A DNA stretch of 64,000 bases from Minisyncoccota bacterium (GCA_020059915.1 JAGVBB010000002.1:62129-126128), one strand, 5' to 3'. Positions 28,438-38,661 are shown, numbered from the stretch's first letter. Notes: generated from the letters alone by a model not told the origin. Made by a program: numbers and translations.

Positions 28438-30845
28438 GGAAAGAACTTTTATTAATAGATTCTCACGCATTAATACACCGGGCATATCACGCCCTCCCCC
28501 CACTCACCACACCAGACGGTCGCCCAATCGGGGCAGTATATGGTCTTGCGCGCGCACTTATAAAAACACTAAAAGAGCACCACCCAGATTATGTTGTTGC
28601 TGCCTTTGATAGACCAGAGGAAACATTTAGAAAGTCTGAATACAAAGAATACAAGGCAAATAGAGAAAAAGCACCAGATGACCTTATCTCACAATTTAAT
28701 ATTGCACGGGAGCTTTTTATAAAAATGAATATTGCCATTGTGGATTATCCGGGTTTTGAAGCGGATGATATAATAGGAACCCTCTCACAATTATCAAACA
28801 CAGAAAACGTTCATATAACCATACTCACAGGGGACCTCGACTCTCTTCAGTTGGTAAAAGACGGACAGGTTTCTGTTCAAACACCACAAAAAGGCGTCGG
28901 CGAGATGAAAATATATGACGAACAAGCTGTCTTTGAAAAACTTGGCGTGTTTCCAAACCGCGTTGTTGATTATAAAGGACTTGTTGGAGATCCTTCCGAT
29001 AATATTCCTGGTATACCAGGAGTTGGACCAAAGACAGCATTAAAACTCCTTAACGAGTTTTTATCGGTTGAAGATATTTTTGAAAAAATAAGGGAAGACA
29101 ACCCACTTGCAAAAAAGGTGGTTCCCCACAAAGAGAGCGCAATTCTATCAAAACACTTGGCGACAATTAATATTAATGTTCCCATAGATAAAGTGTTGTC
29201 TGATTTTGTATATCACCCAATAGAGAAAAATAAAGGAATAAAAGAATTTTTTTCTGAGCTTGGGTTTAAAAACATGCTCCCTGATACCGAAATAAAAAAA
29301 GAGTATGAAACAGAAAAAATAGACATTATCCCAATATGCTCAATTGAAGACTTAGAAGCTATATCAAAGGATAACAAGGTCTCTTGGTTTGCCGTGTTTA
29401 ATGGAAAGGATCTAATAAAAGAATGTTTTAAAAAAAATATTTCCATTCCAACAAATATGCTGGATATATCAATACTTTTTTGGTTGCTTCATCCAGATAT
29501 CCCAACTCCATCATATTCTGAAATGACAAAAAAAATTATTGGGACTGAAATCTTATTCCCAGAAAAAGAGTCGCTTCTTACACTTGCACAAAAAATATTT
29601 TCACTAATAAATCAGGAGAATCTTTTTGATCTCTATAAAAAGTATGAAATGCCACTTATTCCTATTCTCTCATTAATGGAGCTGCGTGGTATATTATTAG
29701 ACGAACGCTCACTTATTTCTCTCAAACAAGAGGTTGGAGAAAAGGTAATTGATCTGCAAAATGATATTTTTTTACTAACAAAAAAAGAATTTAATATATC
29801 CTCACCAAAGCAGGTTGGAGAGGTATTAGACGAACTCGGTGTTTTTGAAAAAATAAAAAGAACAAAAACAGGACAGATAAAAACAAACAAGGAAACATTG
29901 GAGTTGGTCCTAGATACGCATCCAGTAATAGAAAAGATACTTACTTATAGGGAATACACAAAAATGCTCTCTGGTTTTATTGATCCACTTCTCACACTAA
30001 AAGATGCAAAAAATACCATACACACAACCTACCTCCAAACAGCCACGGGGACCGGACGTCTTTCTTCAGAAAAACCAAATCTGCAAAATATCCCCCAAGA
30101 ATCAATTTGGTCAACAAAAATAAGAAAATCATTTATTTCAAGAAAACATTTTCTGTTTGCTTCTTTTGATTATTCACAACTTGAACTCCGTCTTCTTGCA
30201 CACGAATCAAAAGATGAAACACTTATTGGTGCATTTAATGAGGGAAAGGATATACACACTATAACCGCGTCAAAAATATTCCACAAAATGGAAGGGTTAA
30301 TAACTAAACAAGAACGGAGGGTGGGAAAAACACTTAATTTTGGTGTTATTTATGGAATGGGCCCACGCGCATTTTCAAAAACAAGTGGAATAGGAATTGA
30401 AGAAGCAAAATCATTTATGGATGAGTATTTTTCTACTTTCTCTAGTGTTAAAAATTGGCAGGAACAAATAAAAGATTTTGCTCAAAAAGATGGTTTTGTA
30501 AAAAATATACACGGAAGAAGGCGCTGGTTTTTACCAGAGCGCTTTAAGGAGCTCGAACGTGCCATTATAAACATGCCACTACAAAGCCACGGCGCGGATA
30601 TTATGAAAGCATCAATGATAGCAGTATTTGATTTTATAAAAAAAGAAAGAATGGAGGAAAACATCATTCCAATACTTACTATTCACGACGAACTGCTCAT
30701 AGAAATAAAACATGATATGATAAGTACAATAATTCCCCAGATCAAAAAGATCATGGAAGAGATTGAGAGCCTCTCAGTTCCATTATCAGTAGAAACAAAA
30801 ATTGGTTCATCTTGGGGATCTATGAATACTTATATCAATGAATAA
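28434..30845 (+). CDS. polA: DNA polymerase I (5'-3' exonuclease plus polymerase; 3'-5' exo motifs not evident)
   Basis: N-terminal FEN-like region (LLLIDSHALIHRAYHA), polymerase motifs A (DYSQLELRLLAH), B (RRVGKTLNFGVIYG) and C (HDELLIE). Confidence 0.9.
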   Translation: MRKELLLIDSHALIHRAYHALPPLTTPDGRPIGAVYGLARALIKTLKEHHPDYVVAAFDRPEETFRKSEYKEYKANREKAPDDLISQFNIARELFIKMNIAIVDYPGFEADDIIGTLSQLSNTENVHITILTGDLDSLQLVKDGQVSVQTPQKGVGEMKIYDEQAVFEKLGVFPNRVVDYKGLVGDPSDNIPGIPGVGPKTALKLLNEFLSVEDIFEKIREDNPLAKKVVPHKESAILSKHLATININVPIDKVLSDFVYHPIEKNKGIKEFFSELGFKNMLPDTEIKKEYETEKIDIIPICSIEDLEAISKDNKVSWFAVFNGKDLIKECFKKNISIPTNMLDISILFWLLHPDIPTPSYSEMTKKIIGTEILFPEKESLLTLAQKIFSLINQENLFDLYKKYEMPLIPILSLMELRGILLDERSLISLKQEVGEKVIDLQNDIFLLTKKEFNISSPKQVGEVLDELGVFEKIKRTKTGQIKTNKETLELVLDTHPVIEKILTYREYTKMLSGFIDPLLTLKDAKNTIHTTYLQTATGTGRLSSEKPNLQNIPQESIWSTKIRKSFISRKHFLFASFDYSQLELRLLAHESKDETLIGAFNEGKDIHTITASKIFHKMEGLITKQERRVGKTLNFGVIYGMGPRAFSKTSGIGIEEAKSFMDEYFSTFSSVKNWQEQIKDFAQKDGFVKNIHGRRRWFLPERFKELERAIINMPLQSHGADIMKASMIAVFDFIKKERMEENIIPILTIHDELLIEIKHDMISTIIPQIKKIMEEIESLSVPLSVETKIGSSWGSMNTYINE

Positions 30846-32148
30846 ATCTATATTTAAATCTAAAGAAATAAGTTGGTTTGCCACACTTGTTGCTTGTCTC
30901 GCTTTTTTTCTTTGTATTACTTTTTTGAATAACACCATGATAACTGTGTTTGGGGGAATTTTTTTATTCTCCGTGGTGACGTGGTTGGCTTTTAAGGCAT
31001 TTATAAAAATAACAAGACTTACGTTTGATACAAAGTTTAAAGATCATGAAAAAGAAGCTCTTGTTGAATACCTCCACGATGGAGTCATTGTATATGATAC
31101 TAATTTCGTTATAAGAACATTTAATAATGCAGCAGAAACATTGTTTGGGGTATCTAAGGAAATTGTTTTAGAAAAACAAATGGATCCAGGATTGGTAAAA
31201 AATCATGAATTAAAATCTTTAATACAAGTTCTTTTTCCGTCTCTAGCCCCAGCAGCAGAACAAAAATCAGAACCATCTGCGTGGCCACAAATTGTTAATA
31301 TTTCACTTGATGCTCCACGACTTGAAGTTCAGACTGTTTTACATCAAGTAATTACAGAAGATGGCGATGTTATTGGTTTTTTGAAAGTGATAAAGGACTT
31401 AACGAGGGAAAAAAGTGTATTGGAGGCAAAAACAGATTTTATTAACGTTGCTGCACACCAACTAAGAGCGCCAATAACAGCACTTCATTGGGCGCTTGAG
31501 AATATTGTTCAATATAGTAAGGACAATGAAACAATATACCCAATTGCAAAAGAAGCATTAGCAGTTGCTATTCGTGCAGCAAAAATAACAAACGACCTTT
31601 TAGATGTTTCAAAAATAGAGGATGGACGCTTTGGATATTCATTTAAAGACACTGATCTCGTTTCGTTTTTACAAAAAATTGTTTCTGATATGAAACCACT
31701 TGCAGACTCATACTCAGTTTCTTTGTCTTTTAATTCACCCAATCAATCAATTCCTGTATATATAGACGAAAATCGGCTCAGTGCAGTATTTTTGAATCTT
31801 ATTGATAATGCAATTCGCTATAACACGAAACAAGGAAAGGTTTTGGTGTCTCTCCAACCAGTGGAATCAAAACCATTTATAAAAGTTTTGGTGTCTGATA
31901 CTGGTGTTGGTATACCAGGAACAGACTTAAAAAAACTTTTCCAAAAGTTACACCGCGGATCAAACGTCATTCAAATGGAACCAAATGGAAGTGGTTTAGG
32001 ATTATATATTGCAAAAAACATCATTGAACAACACGGGGGTGTAGTAGAAGTTTCTTCTGAAATAAATCGTGGAACAACATTTTCTGTTTCTATTCCATTA
32101 GATAAATCTCTTGTTCCACAAAGAGAAGTTCAAAAAGTTTCTTTTTAA
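30838..32148 (+). CDS. two-component sensor histidine kinase
   Basis: Two N-terminal TM segments, PAS-like region, H-box AAHQLRAPITAL, N/G boxes (LIDNAIRYN, GSGLGLYIAK). Confidence 0.75.
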   Translation: MNKSIFKSKEISWFATLVACLAFFLCITFLNNTMITVFGGIFLFSVVTWLAFKAFIKITRLTFDTKFKDHEKEALVEYLHDGVIVYDTNFVIRTFNNAAETLFGVSKEIVLEKQMDPGLVKNHELKSLIQVLFPSLAPAAEQKSEPSAWPQIVNISLDAPRLEVQTVLHQVITEDGDVIGFLKVIKDLTREKSVLEAKTDFINVAAHQLRAPITALHWALENIVQYSKDNETIYPIAKEALAVAIRAAKITNDLLDVSKIEDGRFGYSFKDTDLVSFLQKIVSDMKPLADSYSVSLSFNSPNQSIPVYIDENRLSAVFLNLIDNAIRYNTKQGKVLVSLQPVESKPFIKVLVSDTGVGIPGTDLKKLFQKLHRGSNVIQMEPNGSGLGLYIAKNIIEQHGGVVEVSSEINRGTTFSVSIPLDKSLVPQREVQKVSF

Positions 32149-32149
32149 T

Positions 32150-32629
32150 ATGACAATTCTTGGTATAGACCCAGGAACAACTCGAGCTGGGTATGGAATA
32201 TTAAAAAAAGAGGGAAATAATATAACTTTCTTGGAGTGTGGGCTTTTGTCTACAAACATAAAAACCCACAACTTACGCCTATTCAATATAAGAAAAAAAC
32301 TGGTTTCTCTCTTAGAGTCTCAAAAAATTGATAGGGCGGTTGTTGAATCTCTCTTTTTTACAAAAAATAAAAAAACTGGGCTTTTGGTTGCAGAGGCTCG
32401 TGGAGTAATAATGGAAACCCTCACCGAATATAATATAAACATCATTGAGTTAACGCCAAATCAAATAAAAACAACCGTAACAGGAAATGGAAACGCAACA
32501 AAAAATGAAATTAAAAAAATGCTTTCATTGTTTTTAAAAACCGACTTTTCTAAAGTTCTTGATGATAAGACTGATGCAGTTGCTGCCGCACTTTCTGGTT
32601 CTTTAAATTATTATCCTGATAAAAAATAA
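32150..32629 (+). CDS. ruvC: Holliday junction resolvase RuvC
   Basis: MTILGIDPGTTRAGYGIL... RNase H-like fold with catalytic acidic residues; the start was chosen 1 nt after the histidine-kinase stop rather than the upstream ORF-track start. Confidence 0.85.
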   Translation: MTILGIDPGTTRAGYGILKKEGNNITFLECGLLSTNIKTHNLRLFNIRKKLVSLLESQKIDRAVVESLFFTKNKKTGLLVAEARGVIMETLTEYNINIIELTPNQIKTTVTGNGNATKNEIKKMLSLFLKTDFSKVLDDKTDAVAAALSGSLNYYPDKK

Positions 32630-32658
32630 CATGGTTTTACCTCGTTTATTTTTGGAGT

Positions 32659-32687
32659 TGACACACTTTGTTTTTTCACTATACTAA
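32659..32687 (+). promoter_or_regulatory. near-consensus sigma70-type promoter
   Basis: TTGACA - 16 nt - TATACT. Confidence 0.45.
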
Positions 32688-32753
32688 TCTCCGTTGTGTA
32701 TGTACCCCATATGGGGGCAATAAGTCGAAAATAATGCACAATAATTTTAAAAA

Positions 32754-32897
32754 ATGCGAAAATTAAAACAAGATGGTATTTATACCACCGATGAAGCAGG
32801 TCTTCTTGAAGAGGACGGACTTGATCTCCCTGATACGATAGGAGATGATTCACTCGGGAAGTTAGATTTTTCAGACGAGGAAGAGGAAGAATATTAA
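32754..32897 (+). CDS. small acidic hypothetical protein (47 aa)
   Basis: MRKLKQDGIYTTDEAGLLEEDGLDLPDTIGDDSLGKLDFSDEEEEEY; has its own promoter and terminator; below the ORF-track cutoff. Confidence 0.4.
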   Translation: MRKLKQDGIYTTDEAGLLEEDGLDLPDTIGDDSLGKLDFSDEEEEEY

Positions 32898-32938
32898 AAA
32901 ATAGACTCCCTGCTTTAGCGGGGGTCTATTTTTTTGTC
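32898..32938 (+). terminator. intrinsic terminator
   Basis: tagactccctgc...gcgggggtcta hairpin plus a T7 run. Confidence 0.55.
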
Positions 32939-32969
32939 TATAATAGTAATTATGTACAAAAGAGAAGGT

Positions 32970-35411
32970 ATGATTAATAAAACAAAAAGAAAGAGAAAAG
33001 AATATCCCCTCTTATTTACCGCATTTTTTTTTGGTATAGTTGCTTGTTTTATAATTATTTTTGTTTTTGTTGTATTAACAATAAAACGCCTCCCCTCTCC
33101 AGAGAATTTTGGAAACAGGGAAATTCAACAATCAACAAAGCTTTTTGATAGAACAGGAAAAACTCTTATCTATGAAATTCATGGAGAGGAAAAAAGAACA
33201 ATAATTCCTTTTAATGAGATACCTGCTGTAGTAAAACAAACTACCTTAGCGGCTGAAGATGATGATTTTTATAACCAACCGGCATTTGATTGGAAAAGTA
33301 TTATACGAGCATTTTGGAGCAATCTTAAATCTGGAGAAATAACACAAGGTGGTTCAACAATAACTCAACAACTCGTTAAAAAAACCCTACTTTCGGATGA
33401 GCGTACATATACGCGAAAAATAAAAGAATTAATTCTTGCAATAGAATTGGAATCAAAATATTCAAAAGACGATATATTTTATTACTATTTAAATCAAATT
33501 CCTTATGGTTCCACAGCATATGGAATAGAATCAGCATCACAACTTTATTTTAATAAACCAGCAAAAAATCTTAGTTTGGGCGAAGCAGCAATACTCGCGA
33601 GTATGATAAAAGCACCTTCATATTATTCTCCTTGGGGAAGCCATAAAGAGGAGTTGTTCTCTCGTAGAGATTATATATTAGGAAGAATGGTTTCACTTGG
33701 GTATATCAAACAAGAAGATGTTGATAGGGTAAAAAAAGAAAAAGTGACTTTTGCGCCTCCAACGCTTGGAAAAATAACCGCTCCACACTTTGCTCTTGCG
33801 GTACGAGAATATCTTGTACAAAAATACGGGGAATCTGTAGTAACGGGGGGTGGGTTGCGAGTTATAACAACACTTGATACAAAACTCCAAGAAATTGCAG
33901 AAAAAACCGTGAAAGAGGGTGCCCAGAGAAATTCTGAATTATATGGCGGAACAAATGCGTCATTAATTGCTGAGGATCCAAAAACAGGCCAAATTCTTGC
34001 ACTTGTTGGATCAAAAGATTATTTTGCTGATGCGGAACCAAAAGGGTGTACACCAGGAGTAAATTGTACATTTGATGGTAATTTTAATGTCGCGCTTCAG
34101 GGATTACGGCAACCTGGTTCTGCTTTAAAACCATTTGTGTATCTCACTGCTTTTTCTCATGGTTTTTCTCCTAAAACCGTTTTATTTGATGTTCAAACAG
34201 AGTTTGATACTCGAGGAATACCAGAATATAGCTATAGACCAGAAAATTTTGATGGAAAATTTCGTGGCCCAGTTTTTATGGAACAATCATTAGCACAATC
34301 GTTGAATGTTCCAGCAGTTAAAACACTGTATCTTGTTGGTATTGATTCTATTATTAAAAATTTGAATTTATTTGGAGTTACAACACTAAAAGATAAATCC
34401 CGCTATGGATTAACACTTACTCTTGGTGGTGGTGAGGTTCGTCCTATTGAACTTCTTAAAGCATATTCAATGCTTTCTCAAAATGGGGTACTCCATAATC
34501 AAAGTTTTGTTTTAAAAGTTGAAACAAGTAATGGGGATATTTTAGAAGAATATAAAGATAAAAGTGAGCGTGTTTTTGATGAACAATATGTTAAACAAAT
34601 AAATACTATACTCTCAAGTCCTGATCTCCGTTCTCCTATATTTCAATCTAGTCTCGGTCTAACCACATTTGATGGATATGATGTTGCATTAAAAACGGGA
34701 ACCACTCAAGACTACAGAGATGCTTGGGCATTTGGATATACTCCGAATTTAGTGGTTGGAATCTGGGCTGGAAATAATAACAACACACCAATGCACAGCC
34801 AAGGAAGTAGTTTGCTTGCAGCAATCCCTATGTGGAATTCTTTTCTTAGTGAGGCATTAAAACAATTTGAACCTTCTTTTTTTGAAAAACCAGAAATTGT
34901 TTCACTTCCAGAAAAACCAATGCTTAATGGAGAATGGAGAACTTCATTTGGGGTTCATTCAATTCTCCATTTTGTGGATAAAAAAAATCCACAAGGACCA
35001 ATTCCAACAAACCCATGGAATGATTCTCAATATCAAAATTGGGAAGATGCTATCTTTGCGTGGACAAAAGGATCTGGTATTTCTACAACACCTACACAAC
35101 AATCTGGTTCAATATATACTTTTTCTGGACCGATTGGAATTACTTATTTAGAACCAAAATCTGGAACCTTCACAAAAAGTCCCCTTACTATAAAAGCACG
35201 AATTGTTTCTCCTCAATCTGAATTAGAAAAAGTTGAATTATATGCAAATAAAAAATTAATAGTATCATTTCCTATAGCAGGAAATGCATATGTATTCTCT
35301 TATAATTTTTCTGGACCACTAGAAGCACAGAATGCATTTGAAATAAAAGCAAAAAATGTTTCAGGAAATGAAACTGCAGCTTCAACTATTATTTATAAAT
35401 CTGGAAACTAA
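32970..35411 (+). CDS. class A penicillin-binding protein (transglycosylase plus transpeptidase, PBP1A-like)
   Basis: N-terminal TM segment; GT51 motifs (EDDDFYNQPAFDW, GGSTITQQL); TPase SALK, SLN and KTGTT; start moved to the ATG with a GAAGG Shine-Dalgarno sequence because the ORF-track TTG lies inside the terminator. Confidence 0.85.
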   Translation: MINKTKRKRKEYPLLFTAFFFGIVACFIIIFVFVVLTIKRLPSPENFGNREIQQSTKLFDRTGKTLIYEIHGEEKRTIIPFNEIPAVVKQTTLAAEDDDFYNQPAFDWKSIIRAFWSNLKSGEITQGGSTITQQLVKKTLLSDERTYTRKIKELILAIELESKYSKDDIFYYYLNQIPYGSTAYGIESASQLYFNKPAKNLSLGEAAILASMIKAPSYYSPWGSHKEELFSRRDYILGRMVSLGYIKQEDVDRVKKEKVTFAPPTLGKITAPHFALAVREYLVQKYGESVVTGGGLRVITTLDTKLQEIAEKTVKEGAQRNSELYGGTNASLIAEDPKTGQILALVGSKDYFADAEPKGCTPGVNCTFDGNFNVALQGLRQPGSALKPFVYLTAFSHGFSPKTVLFDVQTEFDTRGIPEYSYRPENFDGKFRGPVFMEQSLAQSLNVPAVKTLYLVGIDSIIKNLNLFGVTTLKDKSRYGLTLTLGGGEVRPIELLKAYSMLSQNGVLHNQSFVLKVETSNGDILEEYKDKSERVFDEQYVKQINTILSSPDLRSPIFQSSLGLTTFDGYDVALKTGTTQDYRDAWAFGYTPNLVVGIWAGNNNNTPMHSQGSSLLAAIPMWNSFLSEALKQFEPSFFEKPEIVSLPEKPMLNGEWRTSFGVHSILHFVDKKNPQGPIPTNPWNDSQYQNWEDAIFAWTKGSGISTTPTQQSGSIYTFSGPIGITYLEPKSGTFTKSPLTIKARIVSPQSELEKVELYANKKLIVSFPIAGNAYVFSYNFSGPLEAQNAFEIKAKNVSGNETAASTIIYKSGN

Positions 35412-36517
35412 TTTCTGATTGGCATCACAACATACACAAGCTCTTGTTCGTTTTGTGATTTTATAACAGCGGGTCTATCTGGAGAATTAATTCCCACTAC
35501 TATTTCTTTTGATGAATATATTTTTAATCCATCAAGAAGAAACTTCCAATTAAAAACTATAGAAAGTGGTTCCCCTTTTAATTTAATAGGGATTTTATAA
35601 CAATTCTTTCCTAATGACGCATCAGACGAAATTAACTCCAAATATTTTTTATTTTCTCCAATAACAACGGTGATATCATTTGTTTTTCCAGAAAAACTAC
35701 TTGCAAGTTTTAATGCTTGTATAAATTCCATTCTATCTACAGTAACCTCACATTCAGTTGTTTTTGGTATAAGTGCTTTATATTCAGGAAAAACTCCATC
35801 AACAATACGTGAGATCATGTTTGTTTTTTCCATAATAAATTCCACCTGTCCCTCATCATGTTTTATTATTAAATTCCCTTTTTGTCCTTTTGTAAGTCTT
35901 AATAATTCTTCCGCTGTTTTAAAAGGTATTATCAGAGAGGTCTCTTCAAACGAAGAAGTGGCTTGATTTGAGCTTATAACGCGTTCTGCGAGGCGAAAAC
36001 TGTCCGTTGCGGCGACTATTAGGTGGTCTTGTGAATACTTCAAAAAGACGCCACTTATTTGAGGTCTTATTTCTGAATATTGTGTAGCAATAAAAACTCT
36101 TTCAAAAATATCAGAGAATATTTTAATATCAATCGTTGTAAAAAAATCTTTTGTTGTAAGAGATGGAATAATAGGAAATTCTTTAGCATCGTGTCCTTGA
36201 ATAACCGCCTCATAGTTATCGGTAATTATCGAAAGATTACCACCTGATTCTTCGAGAGTAACTCTATCAGTTGTTAAATTTTTTGAAACAGAAAAAAAGA
36301 TAGATAAAGGCACAGTAACAACACCCTCTTCTATTACTTTTCCGGGTATTGTTTCTGTTACCGCTATTTCTAAATTTGTTGCAACAAAGAAAATTTTTCC
36401 TTGAAACGTCTTTATTAAAACATTTTTTAATATGGGTAGATTGGTTGAAAAACCGATTGCTCGTTCAACAGCACTTAGTCCTTCTATTAAGTTATTCTTT
36501 AATATAATACATTTCAT
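35408..36517 (-). CDS. dnaN: DNA polymerase III beta sliding clamp
   Basis: Three-domain clamp, ~369 aa, N-terminal MKCIILKNNLIEGLSAVERAIG. Confidence 0.85.
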   Translation of the reverse strand: MKCIILKNNLIEGLSAVERAIGFSTNLPILKNVLIKTFQGKIFFVATNLEIAVTETIPGKVIEEGVVTVPLSIFFSVSKNLTTDRVTLEESGGNLSIITDNYEAVIQGHDAKEFPIIPSLTTKDFFTTIDIKIFSDIFERVFIATQYSEIRPQISGVFLKYSQDHLIVAATDSFRLAERVISSNQATSSFEETSLIIPFKTAEELLRLTKGQKGNLIIKHDEGQVEFIMEKTNMISRIVDGVFPEYKALIPKTTECEVTVDRMEFIQALKLASSFSGKTNDITVVIGENKKYLELISSDASLGKNCYKIPIKLKGEPLSIVFNWKFLLDGLKIYSSKEIVVGINSPDRPAVIKSQNEQELVYVVMPIRN

Positions 36518-36689
36518 AGTAATAGTAGTAAGGGGTGTGTATATGTGTATAAGTAGTTATTTTGTTTCTATATAACGCTTTTTGTTTTGTTATTCTGTGG
36601 ATAAAAATATGTGCTTGTGGATTATTATTTATTATTTATTATAAAAACTTTATTTATACATATATTATCTCTTTAATTCTATCCTGATA
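36518..36689. promoter_or_regulatory. candidate oriC / DnaA-box cluster in the dnaA-dnaN spacer
   Basis: AT-rich; perfect DnaA box tgtggataa (36596..36604) and a 1-mismatch box tgtggatta (36616..36624). Confidence 0.45.
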
Positions 36690-38150
36690 TCAACAAGTTT
36701 TAAACAGTTTTTCTTTTATTAACATCAATTTTTGATTTAAATTTTGATTATGTGTGAGCTCCTTTCCGATTTTTTCACAAGCATGAATAACAGTTGTGTG
36801 GTCACGTTTTCCTAATTTTTCTCCTATATGTGGATATGAAAGTTTTAATATGTCACGGAGAAGAAACATTGCAACTTGTCTTGGTTCTACAACCTCTTGT
36901 TTTCTTCCTCTATCAGTAAGATCTGTTTGAGATATTTCATAAAATTCAGCGACAGTTTTGAGTATATCTTGAGGATTTACATTTTTGGGGGTTATTTGTG
37001 CTGTCTCATTGATAATTTCGTCTAGTTTTTTCTGTGTTATCTTTTGATGTTTGTATTCTTCAAAAAAGACAACCTTATTTAATACTCCTTCAACTTCTCT
37101 GATATTTCTTTGTATTTTTGTTGCTATATATTCCAAAACCCAATCCTCTATTGAAACGTTTTGGTTTTGAACCTTTGTTTTTAATATAGCAAGACGCATC
37201 TCATAATCTGGATAAGAAACATCAGCAATCATACCTCCCTCAAAACGAGATCTAAGACGTTCCTCAAGTGTTGGAATTGCTGCGGGAGATCTATCAGAAG
37301 ATATGATTATTTGCTTATTATTTTCATATAAAGCATTAAATGTATAAAAGAACTCAAGTTCTGTTGCTGGTTTTCCACCGATAAATTGAATGTCGTCGAT
37401 AATAAGCATATCAATGTCCCTATATTTTTTTTTCATATCCTCCATACGTTTATTTCTTACAGACCAAACAACATCATTTATAAATTTTTCTGATGTTGTA
37501 TATAACACACGAACCTTATTTTCATATTTTTGTATAACAGCGTTTCCCGCTGCTTGTAATAGATGAGTTTTTCCAAGTCCAACCCCCCCATAAATAAATA
37601 ATGGATTATATTTTTTTCCTACATCATTAATAATTGCTTGAATTGCAGCAAATGCCAATTCATTTGATGATCCAACAACATATGTATCAAATGAATATTT
37701 TGAATTTAAATTTGTTTTTGGGTTTATTGCTAATTCAGAAATCGTATTTAATTTTTCATCAGTAAGCTCCAAACCTCTTGGCACTTCTTTCTTTTTTACT
37801 ATTTGTGGAGCTGTACTAGTGACGGTGTAGTTTACCTGTTTGATAGAACTATCAACATTTCTTAATGAGCCAAGAATAATTTTATGGTACCTATTTTTTA
37901 CCCATTCTTTTGCAAAATTATTAGGCAAACCAACAAGAGCAATTCCTTCTTTTTCATCTTTATTAACTAATTCACTATTTTTTAACCACGTGAGGAAGTT
38001 TGGCCGTGATATTTGGACTTCAATTTCTCCTAATACCGTTTTCCAAAGTTCGTTGTGATTCATAATATAGTTTTTTTGTTTAATTAATTTCCCCTCTCTG
38101 TTTTCTACTAACGTATCACTCAATGATACGTGTATTATAGAATCTTTCAA
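36690..38150 (-). CDS. dnaA: chromosomal replication initiator DnaA
   Basis: AAA+ Walker A GGVGLGKTHLLQA, box VII, C-terminal HTH DNA-binding domain. Confidence 0.9.
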   Translation of the reverse strand: MKDSIIHVSLSDTLVENREGKLIKQKNYIMNHNELWKTVLGEIEVQISRPNFLTWLKNSELVNKDEKEGIALVGLPNNFAKEWVKNRYHKIILGSLRNVDSSIKQVNYTVTSTAPQIVKKKEVPRGLELTDEKLNTISELAINPKTNLNSKYSFDTYVVGSSNELAFAAIQAIINDVGKKYNPLFIYGGVGLGKTHLLQAAGNAVIQKYENKVRVLYTTSEKFINDVVWSVRNKRMEDMKKKYRDIDMLIIDDIQFIGGKPATELEFFYTFNALYENNKQIIISSDRSPAAIPTLEERLRSRFEGGMIADVSYPDYEMRLAILKTKVQNQNVSIEDWVLEYIATKIQRNIREVEGVLNKVVFFEEYKHQKITQKKLDEIINETAQITPKNVNPQDILKTVAEFYEISQTDLTDRGRKQEVVEPRQVAMFLLRDILKLSYPHIGEKLGKRDHTTVIHACEKIGKELTHNQNLNQKLMLIKEKLFKTC

Positions 38151-38268
38151 TATTGATGAAAGTACCTATTTATGCTCTAACTGTGCACTTCTTGTTGATA
38201 ACTCGTTTTTTCTATAAAATTTGCACAAGAAAAAAGAATGTGTTATGGTAGTACCCATATAGAGTATA

Positions 38269-38404
38269 TATGAAGAGAACATATCAGCCGAAGAAGAAAA
38301 AAAGAGCAACAACCCACGGTTTTCTTACTCGATCAGCCACCCCCGGCGGGAAGAAAGTTTTAAAAAGGAGAAGGGCTCGAGGGAGAAAAAAACTTACTGT
38401 ATAG
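38269..38404 (+). CDS. rpmH: 50S ribosomal protein L34, apparent +1 frameshift after codon 4
   Basis: ATG AAG AGA ACA (MKRT) in one frame, then [40 protein letters not shown]-stop in the +1 frame; a single extra A at ~38280 separates them. Confidence 0.6.
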
Positions 38405-38661
38405 TGGTTATGATAGAGGGAAGGTATTTTATTGTAAAAAAAGCAACGCACAGCGAACAAAAAACGCCGTGCGTTTTTTCTGTGTCTAAAAAGATATTTA
38501 AAACAGCAGTAGAAAGGAACAAAATTAAGAGACAAATGAGAAGCATTTTAAAAAAACATAAAAGAAAAAATGAATATAACTTTATTGTTCTTAAAAAAGA
38601 AATAATTGGTAAATCTTTCAAGGATATAGAGAGTGATTTGGTGATTTTACTCGAAAAATAG
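38404..38661 (+). CDS. rnpA: RNase P protein component
   Basis: ...KKIFKTAVERNKIKRQMRSIL... RnpA motif; canonical rpmH-rnpA-yidC-jag order. Confidence 0.8.
   Translation: MVMIEGRYFIVKKATHSEQKTPCVFSVSKKIFKTAVERNKIKRQMRSILKKHKRKNEYNFIVLKKEIIGKSFKDIESDLVILLEK

Noticed and set aside
32611-32853. 80-aa minus-strand ORF between ruvC and the PBP gene
   Set aside because: No start context. It sits opposite a promoter/ORF/terminator unit on the plus strand that explains the region better.
38237-38272. Alternative genetic code (UGA=Gly) to rescue rpmH in a single frame from an upstream ATG
   Set aside because: That would give an N-terminus ([12 protein letters not shown]...) unlike any L34. All long housekeeping ORFs in the window are intact under the standard code with UGA as stop, so a 1-nt indel is the simpler explanation.
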